Source: Octopus bimaculoides (lineage: Eukaryota). From it: a stretch of 34,067 nucleotides of DNA. Positions within the stretch are counted from its first letter, which is position 1. Every line of letters starts with the position of its first letter. The position numbers and the translations under genes were made by a program. Shown one piece after another: positions 12,030 through 22,968 of this stretch. The notes beneath the pieces were generated by a model that was given only the letters and a program-made list of their open reading frames with translations, searched no databases and had not been told where the DNA came from. The stretch spans positions 79,091,471-79,125,537 of the forward strand of contig NC_068985.1 in the NCBI RefSeq assembly GCF_001194135.2. The letters are read 5' to 3'.

Positions 12030-12305
12030 AATATTATTGGACTAATGGGTATTTGTCGATTGATGTGTTGAAGTGTTGAGTAGCGCACTGGCACAGTTTG
12101 GGCTGCCTGGTGTCATCCTCCAGTCGGTGTATATTTCCGTTGGATCTACTTCAGGAACTCCGCAGTGTTATATGAGACCTAGACTGCAAAATGGATGCAA
12201 CACAACATATTGAACGGAGTCCCACCGATACGGGGCGGCAGCAGGATGGGTCGAAATAACCGTTGTCCAAAATAAAGATTAATATCTAATCCATCTTCTG
12301 GTTAC
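12030..12305 (+). mobile_element. Penelope pLTR-like segment with degenerate hammerhead-like motif
   Basis: GTCCCA...TGGGTC stem (5 of 6 pairs), GAAA, near-palindromic TAACCGTTG, GTC, then AATAAAG. The 5' core reads TTGAACG rather than CTGANGA. Confidence 0.4.
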
Positions 12306-12326
12306 TTAAGAAATTATTATTATTAT

Positions 12327-12560
12327 CATCTCTTTATCACAGGTTTTGTTGCAGCTCTTGGATTCTTGTATACGTAGCGGGCTTACTACCTACGGTTCCA
12401 TGCTGTTCGTTCTTTTCAGCTATCTAATAGTTCCCTGATTATTCTGGCGGTGCCAAGGAGGAAAACCTTTTGTAACAATTCTGCTGGGCATTGTATTCCA
12501 ATTTCCTTTATATTCCTCTTGATATTCCCAAGGAACAGCTATCAATTTATATAAGGTTTT
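12327..12560 (-). mobile_element. R4/Dong-type RLE LINE 3' end with (TAA)n flank
   Basis: KEIGIQCPAELLQKVFLLGTARIIRELLDS* matches the R4/Dong C-terminal LQKxxLLGTAxIIR motif; 3' UTR followed by (TAA)n at 12313-12326. Confidence 0.75.
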
Positions 12561-12564
12561 TTGC

Positions 12565-13326
12565 ATATATGTGTTATTATGTGCAGTATTTAGTCAATGC
12601 ATGTGCAGAAGATTTGTATGTTTTGTTTTATGTATTCTCATGCATATTATTTGTATGTGTAGATATGCGCTTTTCTATTTAAATGGCAAACTTCTGGAAA
12701 GTTTTACAGGTTTTTACAATTCTATCGATGGCTTGGATCTGTAGTCTTCCTTCTTTCTGGTCTTGAGAAACTTAATTTCTAAGATTGGTAGTGCATAAAC
12801 CTGAACTTGTAATTCGGGTAGAGTAACTGTAGATTTATCAGTAGTTCTGCTAGATGTTTCCTTTTTCACTGATCTTTAGTTTTATGATATCACCCGCTGG
12901 GCAGCTTATTTCTACTACTTTACACAGTTTCTCTTCTCTGTCCAAAATCACTGTTTGGTATATTATGTTTACATTTTATTGAGGTTTTCACTGGGACATT
13001 CCACCGGTACTTATTATTATGTGCGGCTATGGCCTCTACCATACTGTGGTTTCTTATTTCTTTGGCCTCAGGATTATCGTTTCGACGGATCTATTATACA
13101 TTGGCTTCAAGGCCATGTCTCATCGGTAGATAATACCGCGATGACATTTCTGGACAACAGTTTATGATATGGGTGATATCCTCGGTGTTAACTCCACAAA
13201 GTCCGCATCTTTTAGCGCATTTTGGTGTTTTTCCTGCATCTCTGTCCCTTTTGTGCATCAGGTATTTGGTTATTTCCTGTTCCTGGATTGCAAACGCATT
13301 CCCTTCAAAGTGAGAGTTAGTAATCC
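12565..13326 (-). mobile_element. RLE-type non-LTR retrotransposon 3' fragment (copy 1): CCHC zinc knuckle plus restriction-like endonuclease
   Basis: FAIQEQEI..CGLCGVNTEDITHIINCCPEMSSRYYLPMRH..WNVPVKTSIKCKHN..VVEISCP..LQLLYPNYKFRF..IQAIDRIVKTCKTFQKFAI* (stop at about 12679), with frameshifts. Confidence 0.8.
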
Positions 13327-13496
13327 GTATGTATGTATGTATGTATGTATGTATGTATGTATGTATGTATGTATGTATGTATGTATGTATCTATGTATGT
13401 ATGCATGTATGCATGCATGAATGTATGTATGTATGTATGTATGTATGTATGTACGTATGTATGTATGTATGTATGTATGTATGTATGTATGTATGT
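13327..13496. repeat. (TATG)n/(CATA)n microsatellite
   Basis: About 42 units, partly degenerate; separates the two RLE LINE copies. Confidence 0.95.
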
Positions 13497-13801
13497 CTCT
13501 TCTAATTTTTAATTATTATAAATCTTCCAATGAGGAGAGAGCAGGTTTCCAACAAAGATACAACGCTCCATCTTTGAGATGTAATTAACACAGACAAATT
13601 CACAATTGGAACTTGCGAAAAGTCTTGCATATTTTTACTGTTCCCCTCACAGACTGGACTTGTAATGTACGAATCAGCCGGTCGATTTCTCTTTCTGAAA
13701 ACCCCAGTTTATCCAGATTCTCCTTTAAGCATTTACTAGCAAAACCTAGTTCTCCAATTATTACTGGTATGAATATGAATTCATAGTCTGGATATAGAAG
13801 C
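13497..13801 (-). mobile_element. RLE-type non-LTR retrotransposon 3' fragment (copy 2, same family as copy 1)
   Basis: LLYPDYEFIFIPVIIGELG...LQVQSVRGTVKICKTFRKFQL* (stop at 13600) aligns with the copy 1 C-terminus; (CATA)n on both sides. Confidence 0.85.
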
Positions 13802-13950
13802 ATGTATGTATGTATGTATGTATGTATGTATGTATGTATGTATGTATGTATGTATGTTTTACACACAATCGCATGATCTTAACGTACATATAGAGCGTCG
13901 TGTGATCCGAAAGTCGTTTTGAGCCTCACAATAAAATAAAATAAAATATA

Positions 13951-14191
13951 CCTTCTCCTCGACTCACGACCTTTGCGGCATAAGACTATCTGCATTCACA
14001 ACCACGAAAATAGAGTACATACATATTTTTCACATTATGTCCAATAATTATGGATTAAATTTTTGTGTTTTATATTTTTATAACCCGTTTGAATGAGAAT
14101 AGGGTTGAAAAATATAAATCCGACAGACGACTAATTCGACTTATGACAAGTCAGTTGGAATGGAACTCGGTCGAAAGTCGAGGAGAAGACG
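13951..14191. mobile_element. MITE with TA target duplication (Tc1/mariner-like, non-autonomous)
   Basis: Left TA|CCTTCTCCTCGACTCACGACC; right end reverse complement TA|CGTCTTCTCCTCGACTTTCGACC; TA at 13949-13950 and 14192-14193. Confidence 0.7.
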
Positions 14192-14529
14192 TATAAGTAT
14201 TCTTTTCCTGTTGTGTCATTAGTTACGCTGGTTTTAAAGTGTTTGAAGCACCAGTTTCTCTTTCTTTGACAGTCGCTGGCAACAGACGTTAAACTTTATT
14301 TTCTTTCCAACTGGGAGGGAAATATCAGTAAATTGAGAATTATTATATACTATGTTCATTACATCATTCTTGAAATCAATTATCAAAATTTATATAATTG
14401 TCTCTACGCACCTTTTGGTTATGTTCCTTAGTTCTTTTCAGTTTTCGTTATGTGAAGCTTTATTAGCTTAATTTTTTTTTATATGTAAAGACATTTATTG
14501 ATCTGCAGTTTTCAGTGAAGCGTTAAATG

Positions 14530-14578
14530 CTGACGAGGTCAAATAAATCGAAACATGTGACCATAGATGTTTCATGTC
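14530..14578 (+). ncRNA. Hammerhead-ribozyme-like motif adjacent to a Penelope 3' end
   Basis: CTGACGA core, stem II GGT/ATC, GAAA, stem III CATG/CATG, GUC site at 14576-14578. Stem I pairing is poor. Confidence 0.5.
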
Positions 14579-14579
14579 T

Positions 14580-16240
14580 ACAAAAATGATCAGACTCTCC
14601 TTTCTTTAAATATGTCAATTAATTCGAGAAGATGGCTGCTTTTAATGGTTTGGCTCTCCATCAGTTAATACACAGTCAGAGAATTATCAGATTCTAACTT
14701 TGTGTAATTGTTTGTTTACTACGTAGATTTATTGACCAGAAAAATTGACCAATAGCCAGCATTTTGTGTTGATTCTTAAGGAGGTGTTGAGTTATTTTAC
14801 GAAGATGGAAATGCAGTTAAAATCTTTACCGGTGTCGATGGTTTGCCTGAATTATTTCCTTATTCTAATGTTGAAGCTCTCTTATAGTCTTTGTGTAAGT
14901 TATAAGAATGTATAGGTCGAGCGTATTGGATTGAAAATATGCTGTAACGTGAACGTAAGCATGTTGTGACTATACATGAAGGAGATATATCTGTATGGCG
15001 CTATTTAAATTGGGCTTTTGCAAGGTTTTAGAATTATTACAATTCACCGAGTTTCCAGTGTTGATATGAATTGTTGAAATTGAGTGCAATAATTCCACCA
15101 CCTCGTAGATGTATGTGATTTTGTCAAGTCTCTTGATTTTTCTGGCATCTAGTGAAAGAAATTATGCAAACCTTTGTCTAGGTATTTGATTGTCTTTATT
15201 TACAGTGGTTAAGGTGGCGAGTGGCAGAATCTTTAGCACGGTGTACAAAATGCTCAACAACATTTCTTTCGGCTTTTTACCTTTTGGCTTCAAATTCTGC
15301 CGAGGTTAACTTTGCTTTTCGTCCTTTCGGAGTCGATAAAATAATTACCAGTTGAACACTGTAATCGATTTATCCCACTCTTAATTTGTTAATCTTGAGC
15401 CAAAGTTTGAAGCCATTTCTTACAGTGTTTTGCTCATTTAGAAGGGGGGAAACTGTTTGAAAAGTGGACGCATTACTTGAAATTGCAACACTGATGTAAT
15501 GTGACTGGCCATTATTTAAAATCCCTAATGCAACCAGTTTTCTACTTGCTATAGTTATTTTGCACCATTTTTGCTGGTTTATGTTAAATGCAAATTTTTA
15601 TATGAGTATCTGTTAGTTTCCTGTTGCTTTTCTATTTTTTGGTTTATTATCTTATTCTTGTAGCTGAATTATACTTCAATTGTGTATAATGTTGGTGATT
15701 CGTGTTATCTATAATTTTGGTTATCAGCATGGCTATTTTAGTAGTTTATTTGGAGTTGTATGTTTTTATGTTGCCTTATCAGATTTGTTTGAAAACGTCC
15801 AAAATGATTTGTTTGAATGTGTGTAATGCCGTATCTATATTGGTGATTATCGTGCTTTGGAATTCTGTGAAATATAATTATTGTTTTGCAGAATCCATTT
15901 CATTGGACTTTCACAGAGAATTTGTGAAATTTCTTCGTGCAGTGTTTCGTGGGATGGGGTATGTTTGTATCAATTAAGGCCAACGTTGTCGATGTTATTG
16001 CTTTTACTTTTGTCGTTGTTTAACCTCATGTAGACTCTAATCCAGAAAGTATATGATCTAAGAGTTTTAAGTCTTGATTATTCCATCTCTTTTATTTCAG
16101 ACATTGAGATCATGTTATTTAATGTAAACATTCTTCTTTAAAATAGTTGGGTGTTTTTGAGAGACATTTGGCTGCTATTTCTAAAATGTCAGCCGATCGC
16201 ATAGGGACTCCGTCGTTGTTTATTTGTGAGTGTGAGCTTC
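14580..16240 (-). mobile_element. Heavily decayed Penelope-like element (RT plus probable GIY-YIG)
   Basis: Ordered RT remnants: DGVPMR (about 16210), DTNIP/HETL..IL..WILQNNNY (about 15960-15870); later ESFNIRIRK and LMESQTIKSSHLL resemble the endonuclease and C-terminus. Many stops and frameshifts. Confidence 0.55.
15211..15415 (+). mobile_element. SINE family A inserted in the Penelope remnant
   Basis: AAGGTGGCGAGTGGCAGAATCTTTAGCAC...CAAATTCTGCCGAGGTTAACTTTGC...GTCGATAAAATAATTACCAG. Confidence 0.8.
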
Positions 16241-17354
16241 ATTCTGGAAGTACACATACATTATTAACGTTCTCTTTGTTGTCTCATTTTAAGCAGAGTC
16301 CTCATCTTTGAACTTTTCTCAGTGTTGACCTGTGTCTTAATCTCAGATTTGACCTTCTTCTTCTTCTACTTCTTCTTCTTCTTCATATCTTCGTTTTTCA
16401 GGGTCGATATATCATTGTTTGACCTGTGTTACATACATGATTATCCCGTCGTTGTTTTGACATATTGTAACTAGGACTTCTTGCAACAACTACCTAAAAC
16501 CTGTCTATAATTGTAGCACCCATAACTATACACAAACCTCAGTTGTTATTGTTGTTCAGACACAGGTCAGCCTTGATCGAGCAGACATATAATGGAGACA
16601 TAGTACCACATAGTTATCCAACCTCTTCTTTTCTAAGACGGTCAAATTTGCAGGAAGATTGACTGCTATTTCTTGCAAGTTGAGTGGTCAAGTACAGACT
16701 CTAGAAGTTTCATATGTATTCGTACTATGAGTCACTAGATTATTACTAGTCCAACGTTTGATGTTTTCAATGGCTGAATTTAATGGTTCAGAGGAATAAA
16801 TGATGATTAACACTTTATCGCTTTAAATATTGCCTCATACACCGACATATATATCACTATTAATGGTTTAGTTGTTTTTCTTATTTCGATTTTGTACTTT
16901 AATTTCCTCTAATAATAATATATATAAATATATACATACCATAGCAATCTGGAGTTGAGTAAGTGAGAAAAAACATAACAAATTCGAACATAATGAGACC
17001 GGTGGATCGTAAGATAGTGGTGAAAGATATAAATAAAAACAGCAAGCAAACGAAAACACAGTCAACCTAATATTGTTGTTTGGAACTGCAAAATATAAAC
17101 ATTTTCTGCTACAGAAGTCATTGACCATTTGATCAAGAAAATACCATGGAAAAAAAGACACCTATGGAGTAGTGGTAAAGTGTCTTCAAATCCAGTACCC
17201 AAATATACTTTCGGTTTTATACAATATATATTCGTTGCGGAAACTCTATTGAAGAGGTTTTTGTGTGGCACTTTATTTACTATTCTCAAAGATACCCTTG
17301 AAATATTTTGCTTAAAAGAATATTTGTTTAGATCATTGTTACATGATCTAACTC

Positions 17355-18810
17355 GTGATCGAAAAATTTCATTCAGATTTTTCCTGCTATCTGTGGTATC
17401 TTTAATACTTGAGCGCGCTTTCAAGCTAACACAACAGATCTTGTGAACATATATAAAATATATATTTTAATTGTCATATAGGTGCCCAGACAAGTTGTGG
17501 ACATATTGGATCTGTTCTGCTTATCCAAGTGGAGTACATTATCAAACAAAAAGAATCGATGAATACTTTCTGTCATAGCCATGATGTGGAGAGGATAAAG
17601 AGATCATCATACTGACAGCTATTTTTCTAATGTGATCACAAAAGAAAGAATATAAGTTTGTTGTCTATCCAAGTGACTATTCACAATGCAGACTATTGAT
17701 GAACCTACGGCTAATCGGTTCTTTTTTTCACCTAATAGTGGACGAACATTCATAGAAGATGATTTATACAGCGATGAAAATGCACTATGTAATGGTACCG
17801 GGCAGTATTGAAATCCTCAATACCTGCATGAATAAAATCTGCAGCCAATTTTATTCACTCAAGTGTATTTCAATGATCTTGGTAGAGACTCCTTCCTGTC
17901 TAAAGAGCAGGCCAAGCTTATCACCTCACGATTCAAAGAAGGCAATTTACTTGACTAAAATGCTTGAGTGAGGCGCTGTCGAAAACGATATTTTAATTTG
18001 ACAACGAGCTTTGTAGTAGATGGTCCACTTTGCTGTTGCAATGATTTTAGAATTGTCGTTGACTCATGTAATATATGAGTGACGCATCATCATTGATTAT
18101 TACGATGCAGCTTCAAAGTAGTTCAAAGCAGCATAATGGAAATATAGAACCATGCATCAAGTACCCAATCATTCCTCCTAAATGAAATGTATGATAACAT
18201 AGATATATTACTTGATATCATTCACTACTGTGTTCATTAATGGTTATCTGTGGAAATGCCTAAGCTATTGGAATTTTAATGGATATGCACGCACGATTTA
18301 TAAAATACCATCTTTTTTTCTGCGTATCGTGCAGTCGTGCTATTAAGGACTGCTTCAATAAACGTGACTGGCCAATAGGGTCAACGTATCCTAAGGTCAA
18401 CGTATCCTAAGATCCACGTGTCTTAAGAGCAACGTATCCTAAGATCAACGTATCCTAAGATCAATGTATCCTAAGATCACTGTATCTTAAGGTCAACGTG
18501 TCTTCCAGGAATTAGAAAAGACCAAGCTGTCCCTTTAAGGAATACCAAGAAAATATTTCTACCACCTCTCCTTACTAAATTTGAACTAAAGAAAAGTGTT
18601 GTTAAAAAGAATGAGTAAAGGTAATTAAAGAGAATTTCAGTACCTTTCCAAAATATTTCTAAATGTTAATGTAATAAAGTTAAAGGAAGAAACTTTTCTT
18701 AAGAAATAAATGAGGAAGGTTTAAAAGGTAATGAAGTTGAAAACTCCCCTCGATCCTCTAAAATTAAAAGCATGACAAACATTTGAATAGTAATGTGAAA
18801 ACTTCCAGGG
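17355..18810 (+). mobile_element. Decayed Chapaev3-type (CMC) DNA transposase
   Basis: Ordered motifs: degenerate FCYICG (about 17380), IGAQ/DKLW, AMMWRG*RDHHTDSYF (17578-17625), PILFTQVYFNDLGRDSFLSKEQAKLITSRFKEGNLL (17845-17955), HNGN (18132), SRA..DWP, KIFLPPL.TKF.L.K..VK (about 18550), FQYLSKIF..KLKE, ENFQG. Family assignment from remembered motifs. Confidence 0.8.
18379..18504. repeat. 16-bp minisatellite (GGTCAACGTATCCTAA, about 8 units) within the transposase
   Basis: Tandem units seen directly, with variants GATCAACG, GATCCACG and TCTTAA. Confidence 0.9.
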
Positions 18811-19061
18811 GGAGTAATTAGTATTTTGCATAGTGAGGTTGAGTTGAGGACATCCTTGGTGCAGCCCTTAAATTTGCCACCCGTCCCTACACCTTATACA
18901 GGCTTATATAACAGAACCAAATGTGCCGTACCCATCTGGGGACTATTGCCATCCCACCTCCTCCAAGCTATACCTGCATAGGCTTTTATGCCTATAACAT
19001 AATGTTCTGTCGAATGTCATTAAAAATACTTTTCCAATATTTCCGCCTATATACTTCTTTA

Positions 19062-19395
19062 CCAAAACTGGTAGATGGAAACTGAAAGAAGTCCATCGTA
19101 TACGCGGGTGCGCACACATATAGGTATGCCTTTATGTATGTATGTATGCATAATTGTGTGTGTGTGTGTGTGTGTTTGTGTATTTGTGTCTGTGTTTCTT
19201 TCACTCCACCGCTTGACAATCTGTGTTGGAGTGTTTACGTCCCCGTAACTTAGAGGTTTGACCAAAAGAGACGGATAGAAGAAGTACCAGGCTTTAAAAA
19301 ATGGTAAGTTCCAGAGTCGATTCGTTTGACTAAAATTCTTCGAGGCGTTGCCCCAATATAAACTCAGCCTAATGGCTGAAACAAGTAACAGATAA
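19062..19395 (+). mobile_element. SINE family B, 5'-truncated
   Basis: GGTAGATGGAAACTGAAAGAAG, (TG)n, GTGTTTACGTCCCCGTAACTTAG...GGCTGAAACAAGTAA. Confidence 0.8.
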
Positions 19396-19396
19396 A

Positions 19397-19605
19397 TTCT
19401 TTTCTACTGTAAGCACAAGGCCCGAAATCTTTCGAGATGGCGCCAGTCGATTAGATTGACCCCAGTACACAACTGGTACTTAATTTATCGACTCCGAAAG
19501 GTAAAGTCGACCTCGGCGGAATTTGAACTCAGAACGTAAAGACAGACGAAATACCAGTAAGCATTTCGCCCGGCGTGCTAACGTTTCAGCCGGCTCGCCA
19601 CCTTA
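19397..19605 (-). mobile_element. SINE family A
   Basis: GTCGACCTCGGCGGAATTTGAACTCAGAACGTAAAGACAGACGAAATACC...CTCGCCACCTTA. Confidence 0.9.
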
Positions 19606-20617
19606 GATAATCGATATATTAAATGTGAAATTAACAGTTTTGGGGCAAATATTTGGGAAAGTATGGAAGTTATCCAATTGTATTACTCCAAAATCTTCTG
19701 CAATAAGTGTTGGGTAACGGGGCACCATTCAACCAAAATAGTAATGCAATGTAAACGCAATATGATGGCCGACTATTTGTTGGATGCTATGTCTTGACGA
19801 TCCTGACCAAGGTTATGAAGGAAAGTCATATTCACAGCTCTTAAACATTTGTCTAATTTATATTCAACTATGACATCAGTACTTAAAGTAAGTTGTCTAT
19901 GCATTTATCAAATGAATGCTATGTGTTTCTGTTCAAGCAGTAAACTAATCTTAAAATACAAATGAAAATATATGTATATTCCGAGTCGTAGGCCAAAGTG
20001 CTGTTTCTACGTCGCTACAATTTTACGTAGTGGCGCATGTATTCATAAAGATCATATACTATGTCTTTTCTGCAGTTCGTTCATTTTAACACCATGCAAG
20101 AAAAGCAAAAACGAAAACAAAGCAAAAAACCAAAAGAATGAAAAAAATGCAAAAGGAAAACACTAAAAGTATTGTATATCAACAAGCACTACAAAAGAAA
20201 GTTGTAAAAATTTACTGATCCGCAAATTAATTTATTTAAAGTGATTATGTTGATTAATATTATGTGTTGAAAAAAGAGCTTTCTGAGAAAAAAAAAAAGA
20301 AAAGAAACATATGAGCGAAAATTTATTTCAGATTCTATATTAGTTTATTTATTTTTGAGCACTTTTATAAAGCAGAAGCTCAATAATTTGAGTTGCTTGG
20401 GTACAACTTTGAGCGAATCAATATTTATGGATTAAAGGTTGTCAGCTAGTTTTGGAGTAATTTATCTAAAAGCTGTGAATATGCTTATATCAAATACGAT
20501 TATACCCACACGAGACAAGGCACAGCTTGTAGCTGAGTTTAAGGTAGTCTTTTGTTTTTATAGAACTTAAATATTGATAAAATTGGGAACATAAAATGTG
20601 TTATACATACACATATA

Positions 20618-20785
20618 GTCGCAGGCGTGACTGTGTAGGAAGAAGTTTGCTTCCCAGCCACATGATTCCGGGTTCAGTCCCACTGCGTGGCAACTTAGGC
20701 AAGTGTCTTCTACTACAGCCTTGGGCCGGCAGAAGCCTTGTTTTGAATGGATTTAGTTGACGGAAACTGAAAAAAGCCGTGTGCG

Positions 20786-20838
<53 letters not shown>

Positions 20839-21035
20839 ATTTGTCCCCCTCCATCGCTTGAAATCGGTGTTGGTGTGTTTACGTCACTGTGATATAGCGG
20901 TACGGCAAATGAAGCGATAGAATAAGTACCAGGCTTTAGAAAATTAAAAAATAAGAGCTGGCGTGGATTCGTTTAACTAAAAAATTTTTCAAGGCGGTGC
21001 CCTAGCATGGCCGGATTCTAATGATTGAAAGATGT
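20618..21035 (+). mobile_element. SINE family B, full length, with internal (TA)n(TG)n
   Basis: tRNA-like head GTCGCAGGCGTGACTGTGTAGG...GGTTCAGTCCC, body GGCAAGTGTCTTCTACTACAGCC, microsatellite, 3' module ending CAAGGCGGTGCCCTAGCATGGCC. Confidence 0.9.
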
Positions 21036-21353
21036 AAAACATATTAAAAGTGAAATTAACAGTTTTTGGTTAATATTTGGGGAGCTTGGAAGTTATCCAA
21101 TCTTTATGTTAATAAATCGGAAAATTTACTTCTTTACTAAAATTGTCTTGAAATTGAAATCGTACCAGACATTTCCTTAAGTTTCTAGTAAGGATACTTC
21201 ATATATCTTAAGGCATCTAGTTCTCTTCATTTGTTTTCAATTCACATCTTAATTTATCTACTTGTTGCAATTCATTGATTTGCTCAGGTGGTGACGTCGT
21301 TAGACACAGAAAAACATCTGGATTTGTGTCTCGTACTTACCTAAATATTTATA

Positions 21354-21569
21354 ATGGTTTAGAATTGTGGCACAAGGCCAGCAGTTTTGAGGTGGGGTAA
21401 GTCGATTAAATTAACCCCAGTGCTCAACTGGTAATTATTTTATCAACCCCGAAAGGATGAAATGTAAAGTTGACCTCAGCGGAATTTGAATTCAGAATGT
21501 AAGGCCGGATGAAATGCCGCTAAGCATTTTGTCCGGCATGCTAACGATTTTGCCAGCTTGCCACCCTAA
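21354..21569 (-). mobile_element. SINE family A flanked by a 15-bp TSD
   Basis: Family A body; ACCTAAATATTTATA at 21339-21353 and 21570-21584. Confidence 0.9.
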
Positions 21570-21584
21570 ACCTAAATATTTATA

Positions 21585-21770
21585 TATTTAGGGGAAGGGG
21601 CTAGTCGATTACATCAACACTGGTAGTTTAACTCGTAATTATTTCGTCGACCTCGAAAGGATGAAAGGTAAAGTCGATCTCGACGGAATTTGAACTCAGA
21701 ACGTAAGGACAGACGAAATGCTGAGCATTTTGCCTGGCGTGTTAACGATTCGGCCAGCTCCACACCCTTA
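21585..21770 (-). mobile_element. SINE family A (3'-shortened) flanked by the same 15-bp TSD
   Basis: Family A body; TSD at 21570-21584 and ACCTGAATATTTATA at 21771-21785. Confidence 0.9.
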
Positions 21771-21884
21771 ACCTGAATATTTATAGTCATATCAGTAATT
21801 GACTAATATTGTTTTTCTTTTCGCCATAATTATTTTTAGTTAGCTTTATAATGTTCACTGCATTCAAATATCTTTTATCTTGTC

Positions 21885-22240
21885 ATTGAACTACGGATAT
21901 GCTGGAACGTCACATGGAAAGGTCTTAGTCGAACGAATAGACTCCAGTACATATTTTTATCTGAAGTCTTGTACTTATTCTATCGTTTTCTTATAGGAAG
22001 ACGCTAATATATGGGAATGTAAAGAAACCATCACTGGTTATAAAGCGGTAAGAGGAGATAAACACAGATACTCATACGCATGTAGGACGGGTTTCCACAC
22101 AGTGTTTCGTCTACCAAATTCACTCACAATGCATTGGTCGGCCTGGGGCTACAGTAGAAGATACTCGCCCAAGGTGCCACACAGTGGTTGTGAACCCGAA
22201 ACTAGATGGTTGCAAAGCGAACTTCTTAACCACGCCCGCA
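21885..22240 (-). mobile_element. SINE family B, degenerate
   Basis: GGCTACAGTAGAAGATACTCGCCCAAGGTGCCACACAGTGG...GAACCCGAAAC...CTTCTTAACCAC. Confidence 0.75.
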
Positions 22241-22744
22241 CCTATATTCCCAATAACTTATCTATTATATATCTAGCTATATCGAGTCAACTGTTTATTT
22301 CAATTCATCGAGCTTTCAACAATGCATGTATTTGTCTGTCTCGATGAATCGATCCGAGTTCACCCTGACACAGATAGCATTTCTTTTAGTTAATTGTTTT
22401 CTATCACTAATATGTCTCTGCAGTAAGTTTTATTATTGATTGCTATTGACAACAAAACTAACATATAAAGCTATTCTTCTGTAGAAGTACAAGGATTCAT
22501 AGAGTCGGTTGTTATCTTTGGTTAAATGTAAATATGAGTGGACAAGAGATATGTTTCCTCCGTGTATAAGATGTTGGTCGTTTTCGCGGATAACTTTGAC
22601 CGCGTGAAATACTGAACTCGATACTTGAAACCAACGAAAGTTTACAGCGATGAAATATACATTAGTCTGGTTGACACGCCCGTTCAGAACAAATTATCTT
22701 GACTGATGTGTGTGAGGTGGGGGTAATTACCTGCAAGAAACATA

Positions 22745-22968
22745 ATGATTTCAGATTTTGGCACAAAGCAAGCAATTTCGGGAGAGCGGGTAAGTCAATT
22801 ACATTGATCCCAGTAGTCAACTGGTACTTATTTTATCGGCTTCGGAAGGATGAAAGGCAAAGTCGACATTGGAGGAGTTTGAACATTTGAACTCAGAACG
22901 TAAAGACGGACAAAATGCAGCTAAGCATTTAGCCTGGCGAGCTAACGATTCTGCCAGCTCGTCGCCTT
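22745..22968 (-). mobile_element. SINE family A
   Basis: GGATGAAAGGCAAAGTCGAC...TTTGAACTCAGAACGTAAAGACGG...CTGCCAGCTCGTCGCCTTA, with a small internal duplication TTTGAACATTTGAAC. Confidence 0.85.

Noticed and set aside
15893-15959. Plus-strand exon-like segment (ttttgcag...GGATGGG|gtatgt, ESISLDFHREFVKFLRAVFRGM)
   Set aside because: Its antisense strand carries Penelope RT motifs in the correct order, so the splice signals are probably coincidental.
17115-17172. Plus-strand exon candidate (EVIDHLIKKIPWKKRHLWSS)
   Set aside because: No corroborating phase-linked exons, modest donor, and it may belong to the 5' region of the Chapaev element.
18379-18504. Regular short repeats as a possible CRISPR array
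   Set aside because: Contiguous units with no spacers, eukaryotic context, no cas genes.
21330-21870. Minus-strand exon reconstituted after removing the two SINEs (ending TTTAG|gtaagt)
   Set aside because: All three frames contain stops.
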